Both the position numbers and the translations under genes were made by a program. DNA of 64,000 nt, from contig NC_045696.1 of NCBI RefSeq assembly GCF_009834535.1, positions 6,760,001-6,824,000 on the forward strand, given 5' to 3'. Source of the DNA: Camelus ferus. Its lineage: Eukaryota. Shown here in pieces: positions 49,515-61,445 of this stretch. Under the pieces are notes generated by a model, which did no database searches, was not told the DNA's origin, and saw nothing but the letters and a program-made list of their open reading frames with translations. Position 1 is the stretch's first letter. The number at the start of each line of letters is the position of its first letter.

Positions 49515-51052
49515 AAAATTCACCCATTTTGAATATACAGATTGACGAGATTTGGTAAATGCGTAAAGGTGTGCAGATGTCACTACAGTCAATGTTAAAA
49601 CATTTTATTGCCCCAGAGAGTTTCCCTGGGTTCTTTTTCAGTTAATTCCTGTCCCCAACCCAAGCCCTAGGTAACAAATGATCTGCTTTTTCTAACACTC
49701 TAGTTTGGCTTTTCTGGATTTCACGTGAGTGGAATTATACACTTTCATGCCTGACCCTTTCACTTAGCATAACGTTCTCGAGGCTCGTCCACGTTGTTGC
49801 ATGCATCAGTTGGTCATTCCCTTTTATAGCTAAAGAGTATCCCTTTGTATGCCTACTGCACTTTAATTTTTCATCACTTGACGGACATTGATGCTGCTTC
49901 CATTTGGGGGGTATTATGAATAATGCTGCAGCGAACACTTACGTGCAAGTCTTTGTGTGGATATATGTTTTAATTTCTATTAGGTAAGGAACTAGGAGTG
50001 AAATTGCTGTATGTATATGTTTAACTCAAAAAACACACCATGAAATGTTTTCTAAATTGGTTGTACCATTTCACATTCCCACTAGTAATATCTAAGAGTT
50101 CCAAATGTTCCACACCATACTTGGTTTCTTGAGTCTTTTTAATTTTAGCTACTTATCTCTTTGTGGTTTTAAATTATTTCCTTAATGACCAAGGAGGATC
50201 ACATCCATTCATGTTCTTGTTAGTATTTGCATCTATTCTTTTGTGAAGCATCCACTCAAACCTTTTGCTCCTTTTTTCTACTTGGATTGTGTGTCTCACT
50301 ATTGAGTTATAAACTTTCTTAATATGTTCTTGGTACAAGTCTCTTCTCAAATGTATGGCTGAAGTTTGTCTTTTCATTTTTCATAGTGTCTTTAGATGAG
50401 CAAAAGTTTTTCTTTTAATTAAGTCCAATTTTTCAATATTTTCTAAAATGATTTGTGCTTTTTGCATCCTAAGAAATCAATTACCCAACTGAAGATCATA
50501 TGAATGATCGTCTCCTAGGTTTTCTTCTAGAAGTTTCCAGGTTTTGTATCTTAGAGAATAGATATATAATGCATTTTGTATTAATTTTCATGTATGTGAA
50601 ATAAGGCCCATACAGGTATCCAGTTATTGCAGCATTATTTATTGAAAAGATCAGCATATCCCTTGACACTTCTGTCAAAACATCAGTAGACTATGTAAGT
50701 TTAGTGGGTCTATTTCTAACATTCTCAATTCCATTCCAATTAGTCTATTTGATCGTACTTTCTTGATTAATGTAGCTTCAAAGTACACTATGCAAAATAA
50801 AGCAGTGTAATTCTTCTTGTTTTTTGTAAAATCATTTTGTCTATTATTTTAGGTATTTTATGGTATAAAGTATTACATAAGCTTTAGAATCACCTTGTCA
50901 ATTTCTAAAAACAGTTGCTGGAATTCTCATTGAGATTACATGAAATTTATAAGTCAATTTGAGCAGTGTTACATCTTTACAATATTGAGTCTCCCAACCC
51001 ATGGACACAATTCACTCTGGATTTACTTTGGTCTTTGTAAATTTCCCCCAGC

Positions 51053-52150
51053 TCCATCTTCTAAGGTAAAGGAAATAAAAGTAAAAACAAATAAATATGA
51101 TCTAATTAAATATAAAAGATTTTGCAGAGCAAAGGAAACCATCAACAAAACAAAAAGACCACCTATTGAATGGGAGAAAATATTTGAAAATGACATGACC
51201 AATAAGGGATTAATATCCAACATATATAAAAAGCTCAAACACCCCAACTTCAAAAAACTAAACAACCCAACTAAAACAATGGGCAGAAGTACTGAACAGG
51301 CATTTTTCCAAAGAGGAAATACAGGTGGCCAACATGCATGTGAAAAGATGCTCAGCATCACTAATCATCAAGGAAATGCAAATCAAAACCACAATGAGAT
51401 ATCATCTCACAACTGTCATAAAAGCTATCATCAAAAACGCAAATAACAAATGTTGGCAAGGATGTGGAGGAAAGGGAACCCTTGTACACTGCTGGTGGGA
51501 ATGTAAATTGGTGCAGGCACTAGTGGAAAACAGTATGGAGATTTCTCAAAAAACTAAAAATAGAGCTGCCATACAACCTAGCAATTCCACTTCTGGATAT
51601 ATATCTGAAAAAACAAAACAAAACACTAATTTGAAAAGATACATGAACCCCAATGTTCATAACAGCATTATTTATAATTGCCAAGATATAGAAGCATCCA
51701 TCAACAGATGAATGGATAAAGAAGATGTGGTATATTTATTTAATGAAATACTACTCAGCCATAAAAAATGAAATTTTGCTATTTGCAGCAACATGGATAG
51801 ACTTGGAGGGTATTATGCTAAGTGAAATAAGTCAGACAGAGAAAGATAAATACTGCATGATGTCACATATATGGAATCTAAAAAATACAACAAACTAGTG
51901 AATATAACAAAAAAGAAGCAGACTCACAGATATAAAGAACAAACTAGTGCTTACTAGTAGGGAGAAGGAGGAGGGAAAATATACAAGTGGAGGGGTGGGA
52001 GGAACTAACTATTGGCTGTAAGATAGGCTATAAGGATGTCTTGTACAACACAGGGAATATAGCCAATATTCTGTAATAACTATAAATGGAGTGTAACCTT
52101 TCAAAACTGTATAAAAAATTTAAAACAAGAAAATAAAAATAAAAATAAAA
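51053..52150 (+). mobile_element. Younger 5'-truncated LINE-1 (~1.1 kb) inserted antisense into the older L1
   Basis: ORF2 C-terminus 'RFCRAKETINKTKRPPIEWEKIF' and the cysteine-rich '[23 protein letters not shown]'; (aaaat)n tail; TSD taaatttcccccagc (51038-52) / taaatttaccccagc (52151-65). Confidence 0.95.
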
Positions 52151-52762
52151 TAAATTTACCCCAGCAATGGTTTGTAATTTTCAGTGTATTAGTCTTGCAC
52201 ATCTTTTGTTAAGCTGAATTCGGAGTATTTTGTTTTTTATGTTCTTACCAATGAAAATGTTTTGATTCTATGTTCAAGTTACTGTTGTTAGCATGTAGAG
52301 ATAAAACTGATTTCTGTTTATTACTCTAGTATCCTGCAGCCTTGCTAACGGTACCTGATAGTTCTGGTAGATTTTTTTTATAGTCTTGGGATTTTCTACA
52401 AACCCAATCAGGCTTTGCGCAAATAGGACACCTAAACTTCTCTCTCAATGTGCAGGCCTTCCATTGCATATTGCACTAGTTAGGACGCCTTCAGGATAAT
52501 GTCAAAGAGAAGTAGTAAGTGGGCACCCTTGTCTCATTACCAGTCTGGGGTAGAAGACCTTCAGTCTCCCACTACTAAATATCATGCTGACTGTAGGCTT
52601 CTGGAAGACGCTGTTTATCAGGCTCAGGAAGTTCCCTTCTATAACTAGTTTCCTGAAAGTTTTTTTTTTTAACATGAAAGTGTGTAGAATTTTATCGAAT
52701 CTTTTCCCCCCTGTATCTGTGGAGATGAGTATCTGGTTATCATCTTTATTTCTTTAATATGA

Positions 52763-53270
52763 TGTGTTGCTGCTGTAATAAATTACCACAAGCTTAGTAG
52801 CTTAAAACAACACTAATTTCTTACAGTTCTGTTGTTCAGAAGTTTGAAAATCAAGGTGTCAGAAGGATGCCTCTCTCTTCTGGAGGCTCTAGGAGAAAAT
52901 TCTTTTTTTTTTTTTTTTTTGCCATTTCCAGCTTCTTGAGTCTCCTACATTCATTCCTTGGCGGATGACCCTCTTCCTCCAGCATAAAAGCCAGTAAGAG
53001 TGGGTCAAGCCCTTCGCACATGGAATCACGTAGACCTCCTCCTCAGTAGTCATCTCTCCCTCTGCCTTCCTCCGTCACTTATGAGGACCCAAGGACTACT
53101 CTGGACTCACCAAGATAATCCAGGATAATCTCTCCACATTAAGGTGTTTAGTCTGAATCGTATTTGCAACATCCCTCTTGCCATGTAAGGTAACAGATTC
53201 ACAGATCTGAGGAATTTAGGATATGAACATATTTAGTGGGGGGGGGGGGTTCATCATTCTGCCTGCCACA
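52763..53270 (-). mobile_element. MaLR solo LTR (MLT1C/D-like) nested in L1
   Basis: 'gctgctgtaataaattaccacaagcttagtagcttaaaacaac...aaatcaaggtgtcag...ctcttgccatgtaaggtaaca...cattctgcctgccaca'. TSD tatga (52758-62) / tatgg (53271-75). Confidence 0.92.
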
Positions 53271-55264
53271 TATGGTGTACTATATCCATTGATTTTAGGA
53301 TTTTAAAACCAACCTTGCTTTCCTGAGATAAAAGCCAGTTGGTCATGGTGTATTATTTTTATATACTTTTGGGTTCAGTTGGCTAAAATTCTGTTAAGCA
53401 CCACCAAACTCATGTTCATTTTTTGCTAAGGATATTTTAAATTATTAATTCAGTTATTTTACTTTAAACAGAAATATTCAAATTTGTGTTTTTTCTTGAG
53501 TCATCAAGATAGTGTGTATTTTTCAAGGAATTTATCTATTTCATATATGTGACCAATTCTGTTGACATCAAGTTGCTTATGATTTTTTATCACTATGTAA
53601 ATGTCTGTAGGATCTGTAGTGATCTTCATCATCCAGGTACTGATAAGGTTGGTATTTTTTCTTCTTCTTTTTTTTCTTTTTGATCAATGAGCTAAAGGTT
53701 ATCCTACCCAATTAATCTTTTTTTTTTTAAATCAGCTTTGATATTATTTTTTCTGTTGTTTATTTATTTCTTATTTCATTGATTTCCATTCTGATTTTTT
53801 TTCTTTTTTCCACTCTGATTTAATTCGGTCTTACCTTTCTAGCTTCCTAAAGTGGAAACTTCAAGCACTGGATTTGGATCTTTCTTCATTTCTAAAGCTA
53901 CACTTTCCCTCTGAAGATCTACTCTAGCTGCATCCCACGAATTTTGTATGTTATGTTTACATAATCATTTATTATTTCTAACACTTCGGTCTTTCCCAGA
54001 TCTCTCTTTCTCTTCTTGATTTCTAACTTATCTTGTAATCACAGATTATCTGCTGTATAATACAAAATTTCTTTAAAAATTGTGACCCCGTGTTATTATT
54101 GAGCACCTGGTCTACCCTGATGAGTGTTCTATGTGCTTGGAAGAATGCATGTTCTGTTGTTTTTTGGTGAAGTGTTCTATAGTTGTCATGTAGATCAAAT
54201 TGGTTGACAGTGCTGTTCAAGTGATCAATACCCTCACTGATTTTCTGTCTATATGTTCCATCAATTACTGGCAGGAGAATAGTGAAATCGCCAACTATAA
54301 TTGTGATTTGTCTATTTCTCTTTTCAATGCTGTCAGTATCTGCTTCATATATTTTGTAGCTCATTGTCAGATACATCAACACTTATGATTGTTGTTTCTT
54401 CCCATTGTATGTGGTAAATGTCCCTCTTTATCCTTATATTGATTAAAGTTTATTTTGTTTGACACAACCACTCAAGCCCTCTTATGCTTTTGTTTGTATA
54501 GTATGCTTTTTTCTATTCTTTTTACTTTCAATCAACATGTACCTTTGAATCTAATGTGCATCTTGAACAGGCAGCATATAGTTGGATCTTGATTTTTTTT
54601 TCTCACTTAGTCTGACAATGTCTACCTTTGGATTTCTGTATCTATTGTATTCACTTTTAATATGATTATTAGTATGCATACAATTTTCCCTGCCAATTTG
54701 CTAATAACTTTTTATTTGCTCTCATCTTCTGCCCTATTCTTCTTTTACTACTTTCTTTGGTGCTAAACAAATATTTCTTATACAATTTTAAGTTTTTTAA
54801 TGACATCTTAGTCATATTTCTCTGCTTTTTTTCTTTTCAGTTGTCAATCTCATGATTAAAATATTTATTTTTAACATAGTAATCTTCTTCCTTAAGTTTA
54901 TATTAACTTACTCCTAATAGAACATAGAAACTTTGAACCAGCATATTGGCTCAAACAGTATCCCATGTTATTGTAGTCATATATATAACACATACATGTG
55001 GTATAGACCCCGAAATATAGTTGTGTCTTATAACTTAAGAAGATAAAATACATAAGGACATACACAAACACACACACACACACATTTACTATTTCCAATT
55101 CTATTGATTCCTGTAGATCTGAGTTGCCATCTGGTGTCATTTTCTTTCAGCTTGAAGGACTTCCTTTAGCACTATAGCACAGGTTTGCTACCAGTAATTT
55201 ATTTCAAGGGTTTTTCTTTATCTGGAAAGTATTTTAATTTTGCCCTCTTATTTTAAGTCTGGTT

Positions 55265-57450
55265 ATCTGAGTTGTAATTCACATACATTTTAAATTATTA
55301 TTATTTTTTTTTTAGTTGACAGACACAAAGTCCTGTAACAACTGCCAAAATCAATATATAGAACTGTTACATTACCCCTAATTTTCTCTGGTGCCTCTTT
55401 GTAGGAAATCTCCCCTCCAACCCCCAGGCACTGGCAATTGCTGGTCCATTTTCAGTTTCCATAGTTTCACCTCTTAGAGAATGTCACATAAAGGGAATCG
55501 TATGGTACGTAGCCAACTGAACGTTGCTTTTCTCACCACAATACTCTTGAGATTCATTCATGTTGCTGCACATGTCACAGGTTGTTCCATTTTATTGCTA
55601 AGTAGTGTTCTATGGTATGGATGAAAACAGTTACCTATTATTCACCTACTGATGGACATTTGGATCGTTCCCAGCTTTTGACCATTATGAATAAGGCTGC
55701 TCTAAACATCTCCATACGGATTCTTGTGTGAACATCAGTTTTCGTTTCCTTTGAGCAAATACCACCAGTGTGATTGCTGGGTCTTATGGCGAGAATATGT
55801 TTAACGAATAAAAATGGCCAAACCGTTGCCAAACTCGTTATATTTTTTGCATTCCTACAAAAATATATGAGTGTTTTAATTTCTCCACTTGGTTTTCTCA
55901 GCTTTTTTTTTCCATTTGAATAGATATATAGGTGTGTCTCACTGAAGTTTTAATTTGCGTTTACCTAATGACTAATGATGTGAGATTATTTTTTGTGAAT
56001 TTACCATTCATATATATACTTTGGTGAAGTTTCTATTTAAAAATTGTCCCTTTCTTTAAAAAAAAATTGTTAGTTTTCTTACTATTGTTTTGAGAATTTC
56101 TTACATATTCTGGATTCAGAATTTTATCATACATACACACTTTGCAAGAATTTTTCCCAGGCTCCGGCTTGTCTTTTTACTTCCACAGTGTGGGCAAAGA
56201 TTTTAATTTTAATGAATTCAAATATTGATCAATAGTTTCTTTTATGCCTCATGTTTCTGGGCATCCTATTTAAAAATATTTTGCTTAATCCAAAGTCACG
56301 AACACTTTCTTCTGTTTTCTTCTGGAAGCTTCACAGTTTGAGATTTCAGATTTATGCCTGTAGTCTGAGTTAATTTTTGTATATGGCACAAGATTGAAAT
56401 AAAGGAGTTTTTTTTAACAGATAAATATTTGTTGAGAAAGTCAGTCTCATGAGTGCAATTGTTCCCCCACTCAGCTGCCTAAGAATGGGCCTCGGACATG
56501 GAAGACTTCCTTAGCAAGAGGTGAAAAGCCCGCACAGCCTGTATTGGGGTTACCACCTTGTGTGGGAATATCTTTCCTTGTTTCAGGCCCAGTGAGTGCT
56601 CTTTGTCTTTGCTTCAAGTGTGGGTGCCATATGGCACGTGGCCAGTCCCACCGCTATATCTGTCTTCCAGGGAGAGCGAGCAGGGTTCCTTCCACTGCAG
56701 CACCAGAGAGGTGCCTTCAGGCCAAACTTCCATTATTATCCACAAGGTGAGACCCGTTGGCTGTCACAAGATGTCAAAAGAAGATAGAGCAAGCAAACGT
56801 TTCCATGGGGAACTGATGCCCACTTTTGCAGCTGGCCTTTCTCATCTCTCCTCTAGGGAAGTAAAGCACTGCTCCTCCCAGTGCTGGACTGCCTTGTGCT
56901 TTCTTTGGCGACTCAGACACCAAGGTGCAATGGGTTAGATATGCTTCAAGTTCTCCCCTGGGACTGGTAACTGCTGCACAGACCTTGCTCCCCTGGGATT
57001 GATAACCAGCACATGACACTCTGCTCAATAATATTCAGTTATTCCAATGAGCATTTGTTAACAAGATTATGCTTTCTTTGTTTACCTGCCTTTGCATCTT
57101 TGTCAAAAATCAATTGGCCATAAATGTGTGGTCCATTTCAGGATTCTGTATTCTGTTTCATGGATGTATATGTCATTTCTTAGACAATTCCACATTGTCT
57201 AGATTACTGTAGCCTTACAGTAAGTCTTGGAATCAGATTGTGTACCTATTCCATCTTTTCCCTTTTTTCTCAGTATTTTTTTAGGTGTTCTAGTCCCTTT
57301 GACTTGCCAACTAGTTAATTTCTACAAAAACTCCTGCTGAAATTTTACTTACAATTGCATGGAGTCTATGGATCAATTTGATGAGCATAGACGTGTTAAA
57401 ATATTGAACATTCCAATCCACAAACTATAGATGTAGATATTGATTTATTT
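55265..57450 (-). mobile_element. Second old LINE-1 (3' UTR and ORF2 3' part), interrupted by an LTR
   Basis: 'ccccaggcactggcaattgctgg...tattcacctactgatggacatttggatcgttcccagcttttg'; ORF 55638..55832(-) 'MFRAALFIMVKSWERSKCPSVGE'; resumes after 57035 'cagttattccaatgagcatttgtt...gtcaaaaatcaattggcc'. Confidence 0.85.
56430..57030 (+). mobile_element. ERVL-class solo LTR (MER54/MER74-like)
   Basis: Cleanly interrupts the L1 with a perfect 5-bp TSD atatt (56425-29 / 57031-35). Ends tgttgag...ctcaata are an inverted repeat. TATA-like at 56655, AGTAAA at 56860. Confidence 0.85.
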
Positions 57451-57454
57451 AGGT

Positions 57455-57690
57455 TAGGAGTCACCAAACTTTATCAGCAAAGAACTAAACAGAAATATTG
57501 TGTGCCTTGAGGGCTAAGAGGTAAAATCAAAGATGCTGTACTGGTACTTGTATAAGAGAGAAAACAAATTTTCACAAGTTTTATTGACAAAATATTACAC
57601 TAATAATTGAGAATAATATTCTGCAGTAAGCATATGCTAATGAGAAGAATGGAATTCTATTTAGAAAGGGTAGCATTTCACTTAATTGAG
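57455..57690 (-). mobile_element. hAT-Charlie relic (MER58B/Cheshire-like)
   Basis: 'taggagtcaccaaactttatcagcaaag...aagaggtaaaatcaaagatg...gagagaaaacaaattttcacaag...ctaatgagaagaatggaattct'. Confidence 0.65.
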
Positions 57691-58132
57691 TGCTTAGCTT
57701 GGTGATTCTGATGGATACTGTATTCTCTGGGCACAGCTATATTCACTGTATTTAAAAGAAAAAATACATACAATGTTTTGCCATCTAACTCAATAACAAA
57801 AAAAATTCACACTCAAATTTAACGTTTCCCTCCATTTCTTATTTTGACATGATGATTATGTACTGGTAATAACAATATATGCATAAAATGTTGCAGTTAC
57901 ACCTCATATTTTCACAAGTCTGTAAATATGTCCAATTAAATTTTTTTCTGATCCACACACCTATTTATCCCCATCAGTTAGTGTCTTATGCAACAACAGC
58001 AGACTGACTTAGTTACCCTAGATTTAACCCAAACATCCGCCAACCTACTTTCCACTCTCAACTCCTTTCAAAGATCATTTTTTCATATGTCTTCATATGA
58101 AGTCCTGGCTGGGTTGCAGAAGGATAAGTCTT

Positions 58133-58222
58133 TTGGGGACGGGGGAGGTATTGGAGATTGAACCCAGAACCTCGTGCATGCTAAGCACACACTCTACCAC
58201 TGAGCTAAACCCATGCTCCCCA
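58133..58222 (-). mobile_element. tRNA-derived camelid SINE (vic-1 type) with perfect TSD
   Basis: Reverse complement has A box TAGCTCAGTGG and B box GGTTCAATCT. 15-bp exact TSD agaaggataagtctt (58118-32 / 58223-37). Confidence 0.93.
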
Positions 58223-59010
58223 AGAAGGATAAGTCTTGAATCTTCTTGAGCTGTCCACTTGAAAGATGTCCTTCAATACTACAAGTTCACTCCTCAAGGC
58301 CTCTGGGCTGCCGTCACCATGAGAATTCTGGGATCCAGAGAACAGTCTGCAATTGGGAACTTCTCCCTCCTCCTCCACAGATGTCAAGAAATGATAGAGC
58401 AAGCAAATATTTCCATGACCAAACTGCCACTTCATCTGTCTAACACTGAAATGCCAGCATGTATGACTCTCCGCTGAAAGGCTGGGATGATTTACAAAAG
58501 AAAACACAACACGTGAGGGAGAAGGGGGAAGGGGAAGGTAGGTGCTACATAGGATGTTTCCCAGAATTTTCAGGGAAGGCACCTACAATCTGCTCACAAA
58601 AATGTCCTCTGCTGTGAGTATCAACTAGCTTATTTGCCTTCAGAAAAGTACCTCACTCCAAAAATTCTTGTCAAACTTCCCCTCTTGACTCTCCACCCAC
58701 CTTTTGGAGAATCACCCCTACCCAGAGGGAATCACTTAACATACAAAGCACCATAGGCCACCAATTCTTCTAGTACCATGAGTGCATTTCCTGAATTTGA
58801 ATTATTCAGCCTGAGATTCAGTACTAGCCAAATGTTAGCCCTGATCCTCAGCCTTCCCAGTTCCATAGATGGTCTGGTGGAAGGGGCTTAGGCTGCCAAG
58901 GAGAGACCTCGGGGTGGGGTCTATCAGGGATGGGCTTAGGGCGGTTTCAGCTCAAGTTGCAGACACATGTGCCTCTATCATTGACATCTCTCTATTGCAG
59001 CACTAGCAGG

Positions 59011-59050
59011 CACACACACGTGCACACACACACACATGCACACACACACG

Positions 59051-59082
<32 letters not shown>
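59011..59082. repeat. (CA)n microsatellite
   Basis: About 72 bp of near-pure CA repeat with few interruptions. Confidence 0.95.
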
Positions 59083-59083
<1 letters not shown>

Positions 59084-60719
59084 CCCACCCCGAGGCAAAC
59101 AGTTGTTCTCAGGGATAACACTAATTACACAGTAAAAAAGGAGACCCTCTAGCAATTTGAATGACTCCCTTATCTGAAATCACTAGGTTGGTTTCCATAC
59201 AGGATTTTACACAGTGAAACTGGCTCTACGTGCACGGGAAACAGCTGCTCCCCTGGTGCACAGGAGGCTCCCTGAAGGCCCTTTCTCATCATACGCTGAT
59301 TACATTCTCATCCAGGAGCCTCAGTTCTCCATAGCCATGACTGGAGGAAAGGAGAAAGTGGAACCTGTTATTCCAGTTAAAAATATAACATTATAATCAC
59401 ACCTAAATTTCACCTGAAGGTATTGCTTAATAGATTGCAGTCAATTACTTCCGAGGAGTGGGGAATTCTCTTTTACATCTGTGTGTTTTTCTTTACAAAC
59501 TGCATTGCTTTTTTGATTACTTGGAAAACAGAGGTGCTTAAAAACACATCTCCCAAGTATAGTTTTTCATCCTACAATACCATGAATATTTCAGCAGACC
59601 AATTAATAACCCTAACTCCTTTGCTGTCCTGACAGAATATATCATTAAAGGTAAAAGAATGCTATATGATTTGTTTCATTTCAAGGAAAAGAAAGTATAA
59701 ACTAGAATTCCTCATTTCTGCAAATCCAATGACTTATGGCTAACACTGTCTGAAATTGTATCATACAACCTTGACTGTGAAGTCAGTGTGTAAAGACAAA
59801 ACATAAATCAGAAGAGAAATAAAAATGTAGAAAGATACTTTTATGATTCTTTCAGGAGTTGGACAGTCAGGATCTGTGCCGCTGTGACAGTGACAACCTG
59901 GAGCCTGAGGTCTCCAACTGTGATGCATTGCAGCTGACTTAGTCCTAGCTTCTGGACCCTTGAAAGCCAGGGATGGGCGAAGCCATTCAGGGATGTGAGC
60001 CTGAGTCCACTGGGCACTTCACTCTCCAGCAATTTATTTCACATTTTGTTCGATTTATAAACAAGTTACGTAAAAGAGGAGGGTTTTTTTTTTCCTCCTC
60101 ACTTTCCTTCAAATCTATATGGTCTAAAATTATTTCAGTTATTATAATGTATTCCCACTTGTTTGAATGTATTAGTTAATAGTGATGGTTTGCGTACCCT
60201 TTGACATCGCACTCTGAGCTCTGAGTTAAGAACTGTGGTCGCAGAAGAGAAGCAGCAGGCGGACCCTGTTCCCATCCATTCTCAAGTACAAAGGCCAACA
60301 AGGTAAAGTGGAATGAATATAAACGTGAGCAAACAAGTAGGAAAGCAGACTTTTGAAGACTACCCTATTGTAAGGAAAGGTCTAGCTGCCTTCGCAGCTG
60401 CATGAGTCTAACATCCCCAAACTTTCATTGTTTCCAATGTGACTTGAATAGAATTCATTACAGAGTATCTCCAGGTATTTGTAACTCTCTCTTTGTCTAC
60501 TGAGTTAGTCATTTCATAATTAGGAATTGATTGCTCCTGAGATAGTCAGGTTATCTAGAGTTCCCAGAATCCACCAATAGCAAGAACCTAAAATAAAACA
60601 AATAGAAAATCTAAATAAAGCCTACATCTAAATAACAGTGCTTTGGTTATAGTTTCCAAATTCTCAAAATACATTCTAAACATTGTTGTCAGGGCCTCCT
60701 AGGGACAGGAAGTTCCATG

Positions 60720-61445
60720 ATTATAGCCCAGTTCTGCCCCTGGGCAATTCTTCATGCCTCTGGGCTCCTTTCTTTAAGGGTCCTAGCTTTGCCTTCTCAG
60801 AGATCTTTCCTTCCCATAAGAAAGGCCCCATCTTTGCACATAAGCAGCTTTCCCAGCCTGTTTCCTGCCCATAGAAAGTCATGGGATCCAGAGCTTCCTT
60901 GCATTTTGAATTGACTCTGTCTCTTTTAGTTCAAGTTGGCAAAACCCTTAGAATATACCATGAGCTTCCTACAGTGATTGGGATTCACCCTGTGCCCCAA
61001 AGCTAAAACCGCCTTTCAAGACAGAGCACTCTCTGCTTTGGGACTCACAGAGAACTTCTGGATAACAATGCTCTTAAGATTCTTGAAAGCCCTTTTGTCT
61101 GTTGAGGAAGTGACCTGGCACCACTTGAATCTTTTGGAGGTCTTACAGTCACATCTTTCATTTGATTCTTATCCTGTCACTTGTCCTTAGCTTGAGATTC
61201 ATTTGTTGGTAGAAAAACCAAGAGATGAGAAATAATTTTATTCTTCAAATAGCAAGTTCTATCTCTTTTATATCTCCCCTAAATTCTACTTACAAATGGA
61301 ACACTTCTCTTGCTTACTAGTGAACAATTTCTTACTATATGCAGCTATAAAAAGCTGCATTTGGTAATTTCAACATTCTATCCAGAAACCTCCTTAGCAG
61401 ACCCATAAGGGTAGGTGCATATTCTATTATCCAAGACACATAAGG
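60720..61445 (-). mobile_element. MaLR internal sequence (MLT1-int-like) fragment
   Basis: 'gcagctttcccagcctgtttcctgcccatagaaag', 'aatgctcttaagattcttgaaagcccttttgtct', 'ttcaacattctatccagaaacctccttagcagacc'. Confidence 0.65.

Larger units (their letters stand above)
49245..55260 (-). mobile_element. Long ancient LINE-1 (L1MC/MD/ME-like): 3' UTR, decayed ORF2 with endonuclease, ORF1-side sequence; host to nested insertions
   Basis: ORF 49735..49938(-) 'MFAAALFIIPPKWKQHQCPS' is the ORF2 C-terminus. ORF 54023..54382(-) 'TIIVGDFTILLPVIDGTYRQKISEGIDHLNSTVNQFDLHDNYRTLHQKTTEHAFFQAHRTLIRVDQVL' is the APE-like endonuclease C-terminal half. Reverse L1 motifs continue colinearly between them. Confidence 0.85.

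Noticed and set aside
58150..58222. tRNA-like sequence (also 10410-10490)
   Set aside because: These are SINE heads with TSDs/tails and a disrupted cloverleaf, not functional tRNA genes.
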